Assembly (NCBI GenBank): GCA_951406725.2
Contig: OX597825.1
Span: 49,538,001 to 49,602,000, forward strand
Reading direction: 5' to 3'
Source: Octopus vulgaris
Taxonomy: Eukaryota
Length of the DNA stretch: 64,000 nt
Shown here: in pieces, positions 1-15,360 of the stretch
Layout of the letters: every line of letters starts with the position of its first letter
Position numbering within the stretch: the first letter of the stretch is position 1
The notes under the pieces: model-generated
The model's database searches: none
What the model was told of the DNA's origin: nothing
What the model saw: only the letters and a program-made list of their open reading frames with translations
Position numbers and translations under genes: made by a program

Positions 1-2
1 AT

Positions 3-1553
3 GCTCCGAACAATAGAATACAGAAGATTAAGAAGAGATTAGCTAAATTTTTTAGGAGAATGGACTTAAGCATAGTTTTTGACGATGAATTATCTAAAGC
101 CAACTTCTTAGACGTTACCCTAAATCTGCAGAATAATTCATACTTCCATTATAATAAACCTTCTACTAATCTTAAATATATCAGCATTTTCAGTAACCAT
201 GCCAAAACTATTACCGATAATTTAGTTAAAAATATTTCTTTAAGACTGTCAAAAGTATCTGCTAATGGCGACATCTTTAACCAGAAAGCGGAATTTTATA
301 ACGCCGCCTTGTCAAAAGCCGGTTATAGAGATAATGTATCATACAACGACCTGGCCCATTCTAAACCAATATATGCTTCTCAGGATAAGAAAACTAATAA
401 CAATAGAAATAGTGAGAATAATGATTTCAGCTCTAACAACGTCAGCACCAATGTACTTAAGAAAAATAATTTACGGACAAGGGGAGGCAATCGACAACCA
501 ACCCCAATTTTCCAGCACAGAAATATTCCCTTTAATGTAACTAGTAACGCTTTCAGCAATTCTAAGTCTACAAAAAATTATATCTGGTTTGTTATACCTT
601 TCGGAAAACAAATCAAGTCAAACCTTCCTTTACAGTTCCGTGAAGCTGTAGCTAGGAACTTTCCCAGGAATTCTAGGTATCACTCTACTATCAATTCGCA
701 TAAGGTAAGGATTGCATTCTCTAACACTAGAAATCTTTCGCAAATTATTGCCTCCGATAATAACAAGCTGCTCAACAAGGATTCTTCACCCGGGTGTTAC
801 GACACTATTCTTATCAATTCCAACCAAACATACAATAATAATAATAGAAATAGTATTGATAATAGCAACATTCGTAACAGCGTTGGTATTAACAATGGTA
901 GTATTAATAATAATACTAGCTGGATTAATAACAGTGGTAGTGTTGATGGTAACAACGACAGCATTTCTAATAACAGTGGTAGTGTTGATGATAACAACGA
1001 CAGCATTTCTATAGTCAGGGATATTGCCGGCGATAGTACAATTAATAATAATAACAATAATAGAACTAGTATAGTGGTCAATGCTAGCAATAATATTAAC
1101 AGCAATCATAACAATAAAAACTCCGTCTTAGTCTCGGAGGTAAACCGTTACAGATTAAAGTTCTTGTCCAGTAATTCCAAAATTAGAAATTCTATTTACC
1201 AGTGTAAAATTTCTTCCGGTACCGGTGTCTTCTTCTATATTGGGGCGACTACTTCTAAATTGTCCCAGAGAATTTCCAATCATTATTCAACTTTCCGAGA
1301 TAAGAGAAAACAATAGAGTACAGGACTAAGTAAATTAGTTTGGCGTCTTAAGGACAGCAATATAACTTTCAAGCTGGATTGGTCCATATTGTCCGTATCC
1401 TTTCCTTTTGATAAGGGCAGGAAATATTGTGGCGTCTGTAATTCCGAGCTCTTCTATATTCTTTTCGCCAAATTCCCCTTGGTAAACACAATAATAGAAA
1501 AATCCTATAAGTGCATGCACTGGCAGAAGCACACTTTCCACTCATATGAATGA
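3..1553 (+). pseudogene. Penelope-like (Naiad-type) ORF: RT C-terminal/thumb region plus GIY-YIG endonuclease; runs off the window start; one in-frame TAG at 1314-1316
   Basis: Frame is open from base 3. Motifs: ANFLDVTLNL..YNKP..YISIFSNH, YNAALSKAGY, YIWFVIPF, IYQC..FYIGATT..LSQRISNH. After the TAG the same frame continues STGLSKLVWRLK..WSI..YCGVCNSE..CMH to TGA 1551-1553. Naiad assignment is from recalled motif style. Confidence 0.9.
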
Positions 1554-2124
1554 TGATTAATATAGATAGCCTCTTAGAATTTAATAATTTAGTTCCACTT
1601 TTACAACACCGCCATAGACAAATCTTTTCTTATACTCTGTTACATGAAGAGCTACTACCAAATTTCGTTGGGGTATGTTTTACCTCTGTCTCTCTACCTC
1701 CCCCTCTCTCTCTCCCTCTCTCTATCATAAGTACAATCAAACACACAGACACAAATTTGTCACTTCACCTCTAGATGTATTTGTCATGTGTCCCCCCCCC
1801 CACATACAATCACGCACACACATACACACACACAGACACTAATGCAGTTATATACATACACACACATAGGCACTCAAACTCATTAGCAAAAGCAAACAAC
1901 CACGCATCCCCATACATACGACTTGCACCCTGTCCCCTTCCTATTCTTAGAACTTTCTCTTTCGAACCAATTTTGAACTCTTGAACTTTTTAGAACATTC
2001 TCCATCCAACCAATTTTGACGTCACTGCTTATAACGAAATATTTTAAAGGAACACTCATTATTACTGTGGACTCCATGTGGGAAGTCATCTAAAAGTTTT
2101 TGTTCGTCATGATGCTGACATAGG

Positions 2125-2223
2125 TTCCTTGTCTTTCCTGATGAGAAGACGGCATAATGCACCCTTTATTCCTTCGGAATTAAGAATATGCAGTCTTCGA
2201 AACATATGTCGAGAATAAAGGAA
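2125..2223 (+). ncRNA. Type I hammerhead ribozyme motif
   Basis: CTGATGA 2138-2144; stem II GAAGAC/GTCTTC (2145-50/2193-98), extended by GCATA/TATGC; GAAA 2199-2202; palindromic stem III ACATATGT; GTC cleavage triplet 2208-2210; stem I TTCCTT-GTC-TTTC with GAGA-ATA-AAGGAA. Confidence 0.85.
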
Positions 2224-2418
2224 TTTTGTTAAAATCGTCGTTCGGCTCCATTCTTTCACTTATTTATATTTATAGTTAAAAAAACACACAAATTTCCACA
2301 CGAAAGCACGTGATTTCTGCCCCTGGCATGTAGCTTCAACCGTGTTTTCTGACGTGAATTTGCTACCCGGGTATCGGTTAACCGAATTGTCCATACTAGG
2401 ATAATTCATACACCTACT

Positions 2419-2467
<49 letters not shown>

Positions 2468-2959
2468 ACATATGTATATATACATACTTATACATCTTTG
2501 TTACTCGTTTATATATATATATATACATACATACATACATGCATAAATACACGCACACACACGCATACGCAACATAGAGAGCATGACAGCTAAACAGAGA
2601 GATTAAGAGAGACTTACATGAAATTATCATATGAAATAATTATTCATATACGGTGATAGGATGGCATTTCAAGAACTGAAAAATGCGAAATTTGCTATAG
2701 AAAACAACTTTGGTTATCTAAATAACAGAATATATAAATGCTGAAGCGTGACACTGTTATAAGATATTTCAAGTAAATTGTGTACTTGCATTTCTACTTA
2801 CACCATCCAATAATTGGAGATTGACTATGTGACAATACATATTTCAACTATGTGTGATGAATAAAATGCCAGAGATTAATTAATAATAATCAGCAAGCTG
2901 TAAACAAAATGATACAACGCTTATAATCATTGTTAACACTTGGAAATTAAGCATGTGTG

Positions 2960-3130
2960 TGAGTTGGCAGAATCATTAGCACACCGAGAAAAATGCTTCT
3001 TGACCCCGAAAGGGGTGAAAGACCTCTCATTTCCTCCCTTTCATTGTCAATAAAATATGTATCATTTGAATACTGACAGTCATTGTAATCGACTTACACT
3101 TCACCTTGTGCCAAACTTTGAAACCAATAT
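2960..3130 (+). mobile_element. Degenerate tRNA-derived SINE (family B)
   Basis: GAGTTGGCAGAATCATTAGCACACCG head and GTAATCGACTT..CCTTGTGCCAAA..TTTGAAACCA tail, shared with 7225-7360 and, on the minus strand, with 32900-33220, 38480-38635 and 40480-40686. Confidence 0.55.
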
Positions 3131-3436
3131 TCAGAGATAAATTTCGAGTCCCAAATGCTTTGAGTTCGATTATCGTCCGTAATATTTCAGGTCCATAATT
3201 TACCTCATGATAATTATTTGTAGTGTTTGTTGCATATATAAACTATAAAATGTCTGTAAGTGGTCCAGCAATGGAGCGCTAAAGATAAAATTTATTTCAG
3301 TGTGATTTGACCAAACATGTTTACGTGTTGGTGTTAAATATTGCAACACGCGTAACAATTTTATTAAATCAACTCATCTCTTTTACACTTGCCCATCCTA
3401 CATTGTATTCTGTAGTTATATTTGATCCCCTTCTTA

Positions 3437-3438
<2 letters not shown>

Positions 3439-3487
<49 letters not shown>
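3439..3487. repeat. (CA)n microsatellite
   Basis: direct reading. Confidence 0.95.
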
Positions 3488-3488
<1 letters not shown>

Positions 3489-5546
3489 ATAAAAACTTGG
3501 CAACATATCATTACTAAATTTAACATTACTATAACTTCAGCAGAGTGTAAAGATGGCGATAGATTTTTCACCAGAGAACCACAGATTCTTCAAGAAATTT
3601 TATCTGATATTATGCACATCGTTTTCATAGTCTCATTATTTCAACATATATGAATTAAGTGAAACAAAATTATAAATCAAAAAGTGAAAAAAAGAACATG
3701 CATATGTCAGCTTTAATTAAACTTCAAAGACAGAAAGTTTGGTTGTAAAAACAATATACTTGTTTCAAATCCAGCTCCCTCAAATATTGATCCATTCTTA
3801 TTTGCATAATCTTCAGATTAATTAACTGATGTTTTATAAAATATTTACTAATTATGCTGTTTGTAGTATGAAACAATCGACTTACATTAAATTTTATTAC
3901 AGTTCATTAACGTTGTTTCTTTCATCGGCGATACAGATTCCAACAGATGGAATGGATATGTTCCTTCAAACACAACAATAGTCATTAATTCCTTAATCAA
4001 CAACATCACTATAGTTTATGCTTTAAATTATAATTATAATATTACTAATATAAATATTTTGTTTTGTGTCGTGTACCTTGTTGAATAAAGACTCGGTAAA
4101 TCTGTTTCTTTGATCATATAAATATAGCTCATTATACTATCTTTTGTTTTATACATGCTAAATATTCCATTTTTCCTGATTCTATTAAAGATAAATTGTT
4201 CGGCAGAAACTTTAGGAAAATCACATTCAATTCCATGGTGATAAGGTTTTTACGAAATTGAATAGCATGTGTAATGTCTACAATTTTCTCTGAATCTGTT
4301 TAAAAATTTCAAAACTGGATTATAATCATATACCAATGTTTTGAAAAATATTGATTGAAAGTAAAAAGAACATGACTAGTAGATATTTGTTTTCCCAATG
4401 GAATGTACTTTCTATTTACGTTCCCTAAACTTTTAGCATGAAATAAACATTAAATGAAGGATTAAATATAAACCGATATGTGTGTACATGTTATATTTAA
4501 GATATGGTCTGTATTACCACCCTGAGCGTAATATTTACTTTAAGAATACTATCCTGAATCATGGCTAAATATTTTATGCTTTAAAAGTACGTGTACATCA
4601 CACATTTAGATGAATAATTCTTTTCCCGATTTTCACTTTGTGCACGTAAGCTTAATTAACTCGTGCTCTCGTTTATGTACTGTAATTCCAGTAAAAAGGT
4701 TTAGCAAATAAAACTGTTTGGTTGATAATGTAATCTTCTGACGTATGGCAATTGCCGTCATTGAGTTCCTCTTCTCATAGCAAATTCTTTACTGAGAATG
4801 TTTAAATGATGATAACTACCAAGCTAACTATATATGTCAAGTGGGTCCCCGGAGAGCAATTCAGCCAATCTTTTGGTCCAGGTTTACAATGATGAGCGGA
4901 TGAGAGATAAATCTATGCCCACATAGGACAACAATCGATAACTTGCAGCGTTTCCACCTTCCTTCATTTGAATGTTGCTAGAACAGAAGTTTTGGCGGTG
5001 TAGAAGTAAGACTATATATATTTTGTATTTGACTTCAGTTGCAGACTCTTGTGTTGTTCGTTGTCTAACAAATTTACTCACCTTTGCAATGTAGACTGTG
5101 TTGAATAATTTCATATCAATAAACGGCTGCTACTCACGCAGTTGTATGTCCTGAATATATTATGTCATAACAAGATAACCCGCTACATTTTCTTACTTTT
5201 CAACTTTATACACATTTGAAGTATTAAAAATAATTCACGGTTCGAACTACTATGATTGCACACAGTAGCGTTATTTTGTATATATTTTAGGCTCCGTGAA
5301 TTTCAATGCCTCAAACAGGTCATAAACGATTTCACATCATTGAACATGTTGCCCAGAACACTTTTATACACTATAACGAGGGGCTTAACTCCAGCCGAAA
5401 ATTAAAGAAACCAGAGAGAATTACCACCTATATAGATCTTCCAAATAAACTGCGTTAGTAGTGAAATTTTTTTCAGAGACAGTGAGCATAAGAGACGACA
5501 GGCAACAGATCACTGCAGCTTGGTGATATTGATTTGTATAGTGTTG

Positions 5547-5665
5547 GTAGTAGTAGTAGTAGTAGTAGAAGCATTAGTATTTTGATATTATTATTATTAT
5601 TATTATTATTATTTAGTAGTAGTAGTAGTAGTAGTAGTAGCAGTAGCAGTAGTAGTAGTAGTAGA
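5547..5665. repeat. Compound (TAG)n/(TAT)n microsatellite
   Basis: direct reading. Confidence 0.9.
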
Positions 5666-6423
5666 GGTGATGGTGGTCATGGTGTTGTTGGTAGTAGTAG
5701 AAGCAGTACTAGTAGAAGTAGTTGTTCTTGCTGTAGTAGACGTTACTGTCACATATGATGTTTAATACAGTGTTGTAATGATGGAATATTTTACTTTGAT
5801 TCTATGCTTTAGCCTACTATTCTATTTGCTAAGTGCACGTTAACAGAGCCTATTAATATTCATCATATTCCATAGTTACAATATGCTGAGTAGAAATTTG
5901 TTTGCTCTTGATGTTTATATTTATTTATTAGCTATGATGTATTGAGAGCTGACAAATCAGAATTTTAAATTCAGTGCCGGGTGTAAAAGGAAAACACTAA
6001 GAAGGCAGCATGTCAACAAAGATTGCTAACAGATTTTCTACTTCTATACGCCTGTTATTGTTTGTTAGTTGTTGTTGTTGTTTAGTAGGTTGTCAAATCC
6101 GCTCTAGCAATTCTTTGATCACAAGCTTTCTAGCCGTGACTATCCTGTATTATGTTATGCGTAGACAACTCAGCTAATTGAAGACGGAATTACAAGATTA
6201 CTCTTTCTATCTGATCGTGAGTCTACGTAGGTGGTCTCTCATTAGTTTCGTACTTGTTCGTCAATGCACGTGATATTGTGTCAATGTGTATGAGAAACGC
6301 AGCATATGTAGGGTAATGGATGAGCATGCGTGCGAGAGTTTCTCTGAGATATATGTAATTCTGTGACTTTGGCTGTTGACATGATTGTAAATTTTATGTG
6401 TCTTTGTGAATCTGTGTGTATGC

Positions 6424-6502
<79 letters not shown>

Positions 6503-6659
6503 TATATATATGTATGTATGTACGTATGCATGTATGTGTGTGTGTATGTGTATCTCTTTGTTTATCCATCTATCTATCCATATATATATATATATATGCA
6601 TAATATGTATGTATGTGTGTATGTATTCATCGTGAACGTTTGCGGTGTAATGTTCATTA

Positions 6660-7210
6660 CACATGGTCTTCAATTAAGATTATAATTATTTTGCTGCAAG
6701 AATTAGTCCCAATTATAAACAATACGCACGCATTTGTGAAATTTGGCCTTTGTTGCTAATTCTTTCATTCATTTAGGTGGCCTTTTTCTCTTTATCATGA
6801 TATGTTTTGGGGGGATTTCGTTCTCTTTGTGGCTGGGGCCCATTTTCTGTAGTTGTAAGTTTTTTAATATGACATTTTAGATTACGTTCTCTTTAGGATT
6901 TTAGTTGGGAATATATGTTAGGAGCTTCAATTACGATTCTTATATTTATTTTGTTTGTCTTAATTTCTGGATATTGAATTTGATGGCTCATTGAATTGCA
7001 TTATAGATCAATAATTGTGTAAGTGAGAGTATATTTCGGTTCTCGAAACTTAATGTCAAGAACGGATACTATTGTACAAATCGTTTTGGTTAGGTTATTA
7101 AAGACATTTATTCCTGTGTGTCGCGCAGCGCATGAATAGAAGGGAAGACATTTATTGATGTCAGAAGGCTTATAACAAGCGTCCATCTATATTTGGTTTT
7201 GAATTTCATT
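6660..7210 (-). mobile_element. Degenerate PLE fragment (RT thumb)
   Basis: DACYKPSDINKCLPFYSCAARHTGINV..LTKTICTIV resembles the PLE thumb pattern TDIYxKPTD..YL.F.SCHPRH..NI..LARRICTIV. Confidence 0.6.
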
Positions 7211-7224
7211 TTTAGGGAATCTAC

Positions 7225-7360
7225 AAATTCCAGAGAGGTCGACTTCGCCTTTCATGACTGTGAGGTCTATAAAATAAGAATCGGCTGAACACGAGGTTTA
7301 TGTAATCAACTTAGCTCCTTCCCTGAATTTGCTGACCTTGTACCAAATTTGAAAGCATTA
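7225..7360 (+). mobile_element. SINE fragment (family B)
   Basis: GAGGTCGACTTCGCCTTTCAT..ATAAAATAAG core. Confidence 0.55.
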
Positions 7361-7674
7361 TTAGGATATCTAAAAAGGTGAGTTGGTTAGGGATATATTC
7401 TGTCGTGAGTGGAGAAGCTCTATTAATTCCATTAAGAAATTAAATATATGACAAACGAAGCGGTCATTATGCAATGAATTCCATTAGCTTACACCGATTT
7501 CTGTGATACGATGCAGTGCATTCAGAACTGAGTATTGTGTTGTGCATCAGCATATAGTTTCTTCGGAGCTTCTGGAGTTTGTAATTCCTTTAAATTCGCT
7601 ATGCTTTTCTACCTCTTCTAGTTATTTATATGCAATTGAAAAAGAAAATTTCCGTGTTTTCTTGGTGAGTTCTG

Positions 7675-7708
<34 letters not shown>

Positions 7709-7714
7709 AGCGCG

Positions 7715-9430
7715 CTGACATTTACGATATCTGAACATCTCCCCAGCCGGCCTCCCGGCCGACAACGGTGGTGCTCTGGTGGTGTGGCGCGCTGACCTCC
7801 ACGAGGGGTAAGCTCTCCGCCAACTCAAGATCCCACGCCAACAGACGGTGTCCTCCACTATCCATGACCTCATCTCCTCCTCCACGTCTCCCCCACTGTC
7901 TCCAACTCCAACAATTTACTTTCTCCCAAAAATCCACAAACCTAACAACCCTGGCCGCCCCATTGTCTCCGCCTGCAACAGCCCCACCGAACTCATCACC
8001 ACATATCTTGACCATGTCCTCGCCGCCCGAATGGCTTCCCTCCCCTCTCACATCCATGACACCAACCATGCTCTTCGTCTGTACAACTCTTTCTCCTACT
8101 CTCCTGGCCCCTCTAAACTTCTCTTCACTCTTGACATCAAGAGCCTATATACGATGATCCCTCACCACAAGGAGCTTCGTGCGCTCCAACAATAACTTGC
8201 CCACTCACCGAACACCCAAATTGACACATACACATTTCTTTGTCTGGTCGAACTTGTTCTTTCCTTTAACTGCTTCTCTTTCGCGGGTGATTTCTACCAG
8301 GAGATCCCGGGAGTGGCCATGGGGAAGAGAATGGTTCCCAACTATGAGAACCTGTTCGTTGGCAACGTTGAAGCCCAAATATTCTCTAGTTTCATTGGTC
8401 CTACTCCCGAACTATATGTACGTTATTTTGACGACTGTATCGGTACGCCCTCACTCTCCCACGAACAACTAGATTCCTCTTCCGTCTAGTATTTCTATCC
8501 TGCCCACCATTTCTCCTGCACTATTTCAGACACTTCTGTCGCCTTTCTCGACATTTCGGTCAGCATTCATCACTCCACTCTCACCACCTCCATCCATTAC
8601 AAACACACAGACTCGCACTCATACCTCAACTTCTCCTCCTCGCACCCTAAACACACCAAGCTCTTCATCACCTATTCCCAATTCCCCCGTCTGCACAGGC
8701 TCTGCACTGACAACCTTGACTTTGAGTCTCAGTCTCAACTCATGGCTCGCCACTTCATCCTACGTAGAAATCCTCTCACCACCATCGACACCAACCTTTA
8801 CAGAGAATGTTCTGTGGACCATGGATCTGCTCTCTCCCCCCGCACCCGCACCGCCGTCACCCGTCTCCCTTTTCCCCTAACCTACCATTCTTCCACCTTA
8901 CCTCTACAACACATTCTTCTCAGAGCCTTCCGGCGATTTCAGTCAGACCCCTCTACTTTACACAATTTCCCTAATCGACCGCTCCCCTACATCAAACGTG
9001 ACCTCCTGCTCCACAGTTTCTTCCCTAACCCAACCTCCCAACCTGGATGTTCCCTTGTTCCCGTCCACACTGCCGCACTTGCCCATATCTCTCCAACACC
9101 ACTATCCTCACCGGCACCCATCATCCACCCTATCATATCACTGAGTCCTTCAACTGCACTTCTAGCAACGTAATCTAGTGCATTCTGCTGCTCTCTGTCC
9201 TTCTTTGTACATCGGTGAAACGGAACGCCGCTTGGCTGACCGGTTCGTGGAACACCTCCGAGACATCAGACTCGGCAACGACACCGGTCTCGCACCATTT
9301 CCTCTCTATTGGTCATTCTTTACATCACCTGTTTATGTTCGGATTGTCTTTGCGCAGGTGCCATCCGGACTCCCGTCTTCGCCGTGAGCAGAAATTAATC
9401 TCTCTTCACTTCTTTGCGTTACATCGGATC
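7715..9430 (+). pseudogene. Penelope-like retroelement RT + GIY-YIG, frameshifted
   Basis: PADNGGALVVW, YFLPKIHKPNNPGRPIVSACNSPT, LFTLDIKSLYTMIP, GVAMG, YVRYFDD, AFLDI, HYKHTDSHSYLNFSSSHP, LYIGETERRLADRFVEH; followed by a pyrimidine-rich 3' tail to ~9960. Confidence 0.92.
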
Positions 9431-9958
9431 AACTCTCCACCCTTTTCATCGAACCCCATACTCTCTCCTCTCTTTCTCTCACGCGTATTTCCTCTCTTCA
9501 CTCCCACCTACATCTCATTTCTTGCTCTGACATCTACTTACTCTCTTCATTCCTACCCACCTTTTCCCTTCCACCTCTCCCTTCATCATCATCATCCCCT
9601 CCATCGTTACCCCACCCCTACACATTTCCACCCACCATCCCTATACATCCCATCCAACCCCCATCCCATCCCACACATTCCACTCCCACATACCCCACCT
9701 TCGCCCAAATTCACACCCCAACACCACCACACCACACACCATCATACCACTGTACACCACATCACACCACCCCGTACGCACTAGCACTGACCACTTCCCA
9801 GCTCTCACACCATCATCCGTACACATGCACACACGCATACGTCACGGTCACTAGCCCCTAAGACTTTCTCACTACCCGAGCATTAAACTAATACATCTGC
9901 TTGTTGATTACACACTCGTCTTCATCTTTTGTTTTTGTTTTTTCTGTAAATTCCAACC

Positions 9959-9961
<3 letters not shown>

Positions 9962-9991
<30 letters not shown>

Positions 9992-9999
9992 TGCACATA

Positions 10000-10060
<61 letters not shown>
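9962..10060. repeat. (CA)n + (TA)n microsatellite
   Basis: direct reading. Confidence 0.95.
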
Positions 10061-10065
<5 letters not shown>

Positions 10066-10117
10066 TTTGCGAAATTTGATTTAGTGTTTCTAAATTGAAT
10101 TTGTCCCTGTAAGTTCA

Positions 10118-13096
<2,979 letters not shown>

Positions 13097-13159
13097 TCAA
13101 ACATGCCTACGCGCACATACTCATGCATATGTATACATACATACATAATTTTTATATAT

Positions 13160-13673
13160 ATATATTATATTTTGTGAAATTTGATTTAGTATTTCTAAAT
13201 TGAAGTTTTCCCTGTAAGTTAGGAATAATATTTCCTCAAATAATAAGAATTATTATTATTATATTTCTAACTAACGTTTCTGAAAAATTACCCTCATTAT
13301 CGTCGGTTATGGAACTTACAGGTAAAATAGAACCACTCTTTTGGAATTCATCTTCGAAGGATATTCCTATACCATCTAGAAAGGAATATATTTTAAAACT
13401 TATTAATAACATTAAAGATTTTATTAATAGAATTATTGTTATTTTAATTTTAATATTTCTATTATATGTAATTTTCTGGATGGTGTAACTTAATTGTTCA
13501 TTTTGAATTGATAAAATTTCGTGAAATTTGATTTAATATTTCTGAATTGAATTTTTCCCTGTAAGTTAGGAATAATATTCTCTCAAATAATTGCACACTA
13601 CGGAATACTGAAATACCAGGTAATAATACCAACTTGTTATATTTTGCATGTTGCAATGTTTTAGCTATAAGAT

Positions 13674-13677
<4 letters not shown>
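13160..13677. mobile_element. Rearranged PLE N-terminal fragments in both orientations
   Basis: Plus strand ~13345-13435 reads SSKDIPIPSRKEYILKLINNIKDFINRI (like the Naiad pre-RT pattern SLKNIPIPS..EY.LKLI..VESFI.R); a ~55-bp motif is repeated at 10061, 13166 and 13516. Confidence 0.55.
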
Positions 13678-13749
<72 letters not shown>

Positions 13750-13750
<1 letters not shown>

Positions 13751-13852
13751 ATAGAGGCTATAGTAGAAGACACTTGCTCATGGAGCCATGCAGTCGCCCG
13801 AAACCTAGAACCACGTATCTGGGAAGCAGATTACTTACTACACAGCCACGCG
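13750..13852 (-). mobile_element. SINE family A, 5' fragment
   Basis: GAGGCTATAGTAGAAGACACTTG..CACAGCCACGC is the reverse complement of the head at 31089. Confidence 0.7.
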
Positions 13853-13960
13853 TCTCTCTATACATATATACATACAGAAACACGCACGCACGCACGCATG
13901 CACACATACACACACACACATATTAAAGATTAATAGAGAAGACTGAATGTAGCAAAACGT

Positions 13961-14080
13961 TATTATTACCACAACAATTGTTTCATCTTCAAAGTACACT
14001 GCTCCTTTGTGGGCGTGGAACGATGCAATAACATCAAATGCAAAGCACAGTGCATAGAGGACTCCTCAGATAGGATAATA
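13961..14080 (-). ncRNA. Type I hammerhead ribozyme motif with extended stem II
   Basis: Minus strand: CTGAGGA (+ tcctcag 14063-69); stem II GTCCTC/GAAGAT plus TGCACTG/CAGTGTA; GAAA (13984-81); palindromic ACAATTGT; GTT triplet; imperfect stem I TATTATCCTAT/GTGGTAATAATA. Confidence 0.7.
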
Positions 14081-14802
14081 TGGTTTTAAGGTGGGGGATT
14101 TAGATTTAAGTTCTGCTGTATTGAGAGATTTTATCGGTTAGACAGTCGCATAGACAAGTAGTCGCATAAAGACAGACAGACAATGCAAAGACAGACAGAC
14201 GCTCATTAATAATTTTATTCATGAGCACATAATCATGGGGCAACAGATGCACCGAATAAACAATATTAAACTTAACAATGCCTTTAGTAACACCATCACT
14301 GTTTCTGTTAGCGTGATTCCCAGGCTTAACCACCACAATAATAACCACAAGAACAACAAAAACAAAAGCAATAGTAGTTATCGTTGTAATTAATTATACC
14401 AATGTGAATCAAGGAACTTCATCACACGAAGTCCGTGATTCAAATTGGTCTAATTAATTACTTACAATAATAATAATTATCATTATTATTGTGGTGATTA
14501 AGCTTGGGAATCACGCTAACGGAAACAGCTGTGGGTTGAGATTTTGTCTTTTTGGTATTAATTAATAAAAGATAATTGATGAAAATCAATTGTTATTCAT
14601 CATTTTTATCTGCCTTTTCTGCTTTCCTCAAATATAACTGTTGTGTGGACGGCCCCAGACGATGAAGTAGACTAGCCGAATACGTAGATATAGAGGGAGA
14701 AGTCTAGAAGTCGGGAGTTGAGTAGAGGTCATCCGAACGTGCAATATAACAATAACGCACACACACATATATATATATATACATGCACACACATACATAT
14801 AT

Positions 14803-15298
14803 ATAATTAATCAATATAAGGGTAGCAAAAAAATCAATAGAAATTTTTTGGCCACCAGCGGTCTAGTGAGAAAGAAAAAATAGTCAACAGACTATATAAA
14901 GTACATTCAACAGTAATATTAAGGAATGGCCTTAATAGGCCATTCAACTCACTAAAGCGAGCAGCTAAACTCAAACCGCTAAATAGTAGTAATTCAGAAA
15001 TCAAAGGAAAATTTAAAATATTTACCCTAATCATCTTTGGACTATGCATAGTTTCAACGTACTTTTTAGCAAACCAGCCTAATTAAAATAAATTAAATTT
15101 AATCAAGTCAATTTACCACTGGCCCGTCTCATCGGCAAAGAAGCCAAGAGGAATAAATATTCCACGAGGCAACAGCATCGATGCCTTGGGAATATATACT
15201 CTAAATTTGATTTCTGAATTACTACTATTTAGCGGTTTGTGTTTAGCTGCTCGTTTTAGTGAGTTGAATGGCCTATTAACGCCATTCCTTAATATTAT

Positions 15299-15300
<2 letters not shown>
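14803..15300 (-). mobile_element. Diverged homolog of the 492-bp HHR repeat, with an inverted partial copy (14910-15005 vs 15206-15300)
   Basis: ATAATTAATCAATATA(A)GGGT.GCAAAAAAA...GCCACCAGCGG.CTAGTG...AATAGGCCATTCA...ATTTACCCT collinear with 17423-17660. Confidence 0.8.
15034..15141 (-). ncRNA. Type I hammerhead motif with one core substitution (CCGAUGA)
   Basis: Minus strand: stem I TCTTTG/CAAAGA; CCGATGA; stem II GACG/CGTT; GAAA; palindromic stem III ACTATGCATAGT; GTC triplet. Confidence 0.75.

Positions 15301-15354
<54 letters not shown>

Positions 15355-15360
<6 letters not shown>

Larger units (their letters stand above)
1..2417 (+). mobile_element. Penelope-like retroelement, 3' part (ORF end plus 3' UTR/pLTR containing a hammerhead motif)
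   Basis: PLE ORF followed by ~860 bp non-coding tail with an HHR, ending at a (TA)n tract. Confidence 0.8.

Noticed and set aside
1314-1316. In-frame stop inside the GIY-YIG domain as possible selenocysteine recoding (reported for some Naiad PLEs)
   Set aside because: The codon is TAG, not TGA, and is not at a Cys position; a nonsense mutation is the simpler explanation
4560-5460. Possible coding remnant on the minus strand
   Set aside because: No motif I could assign with confidence
6261-6685. Many short ORFs rich in YI/CV/HT/poly-I/poly-V here and across the window
   Set aside because: Translations of microsatellites, not genes
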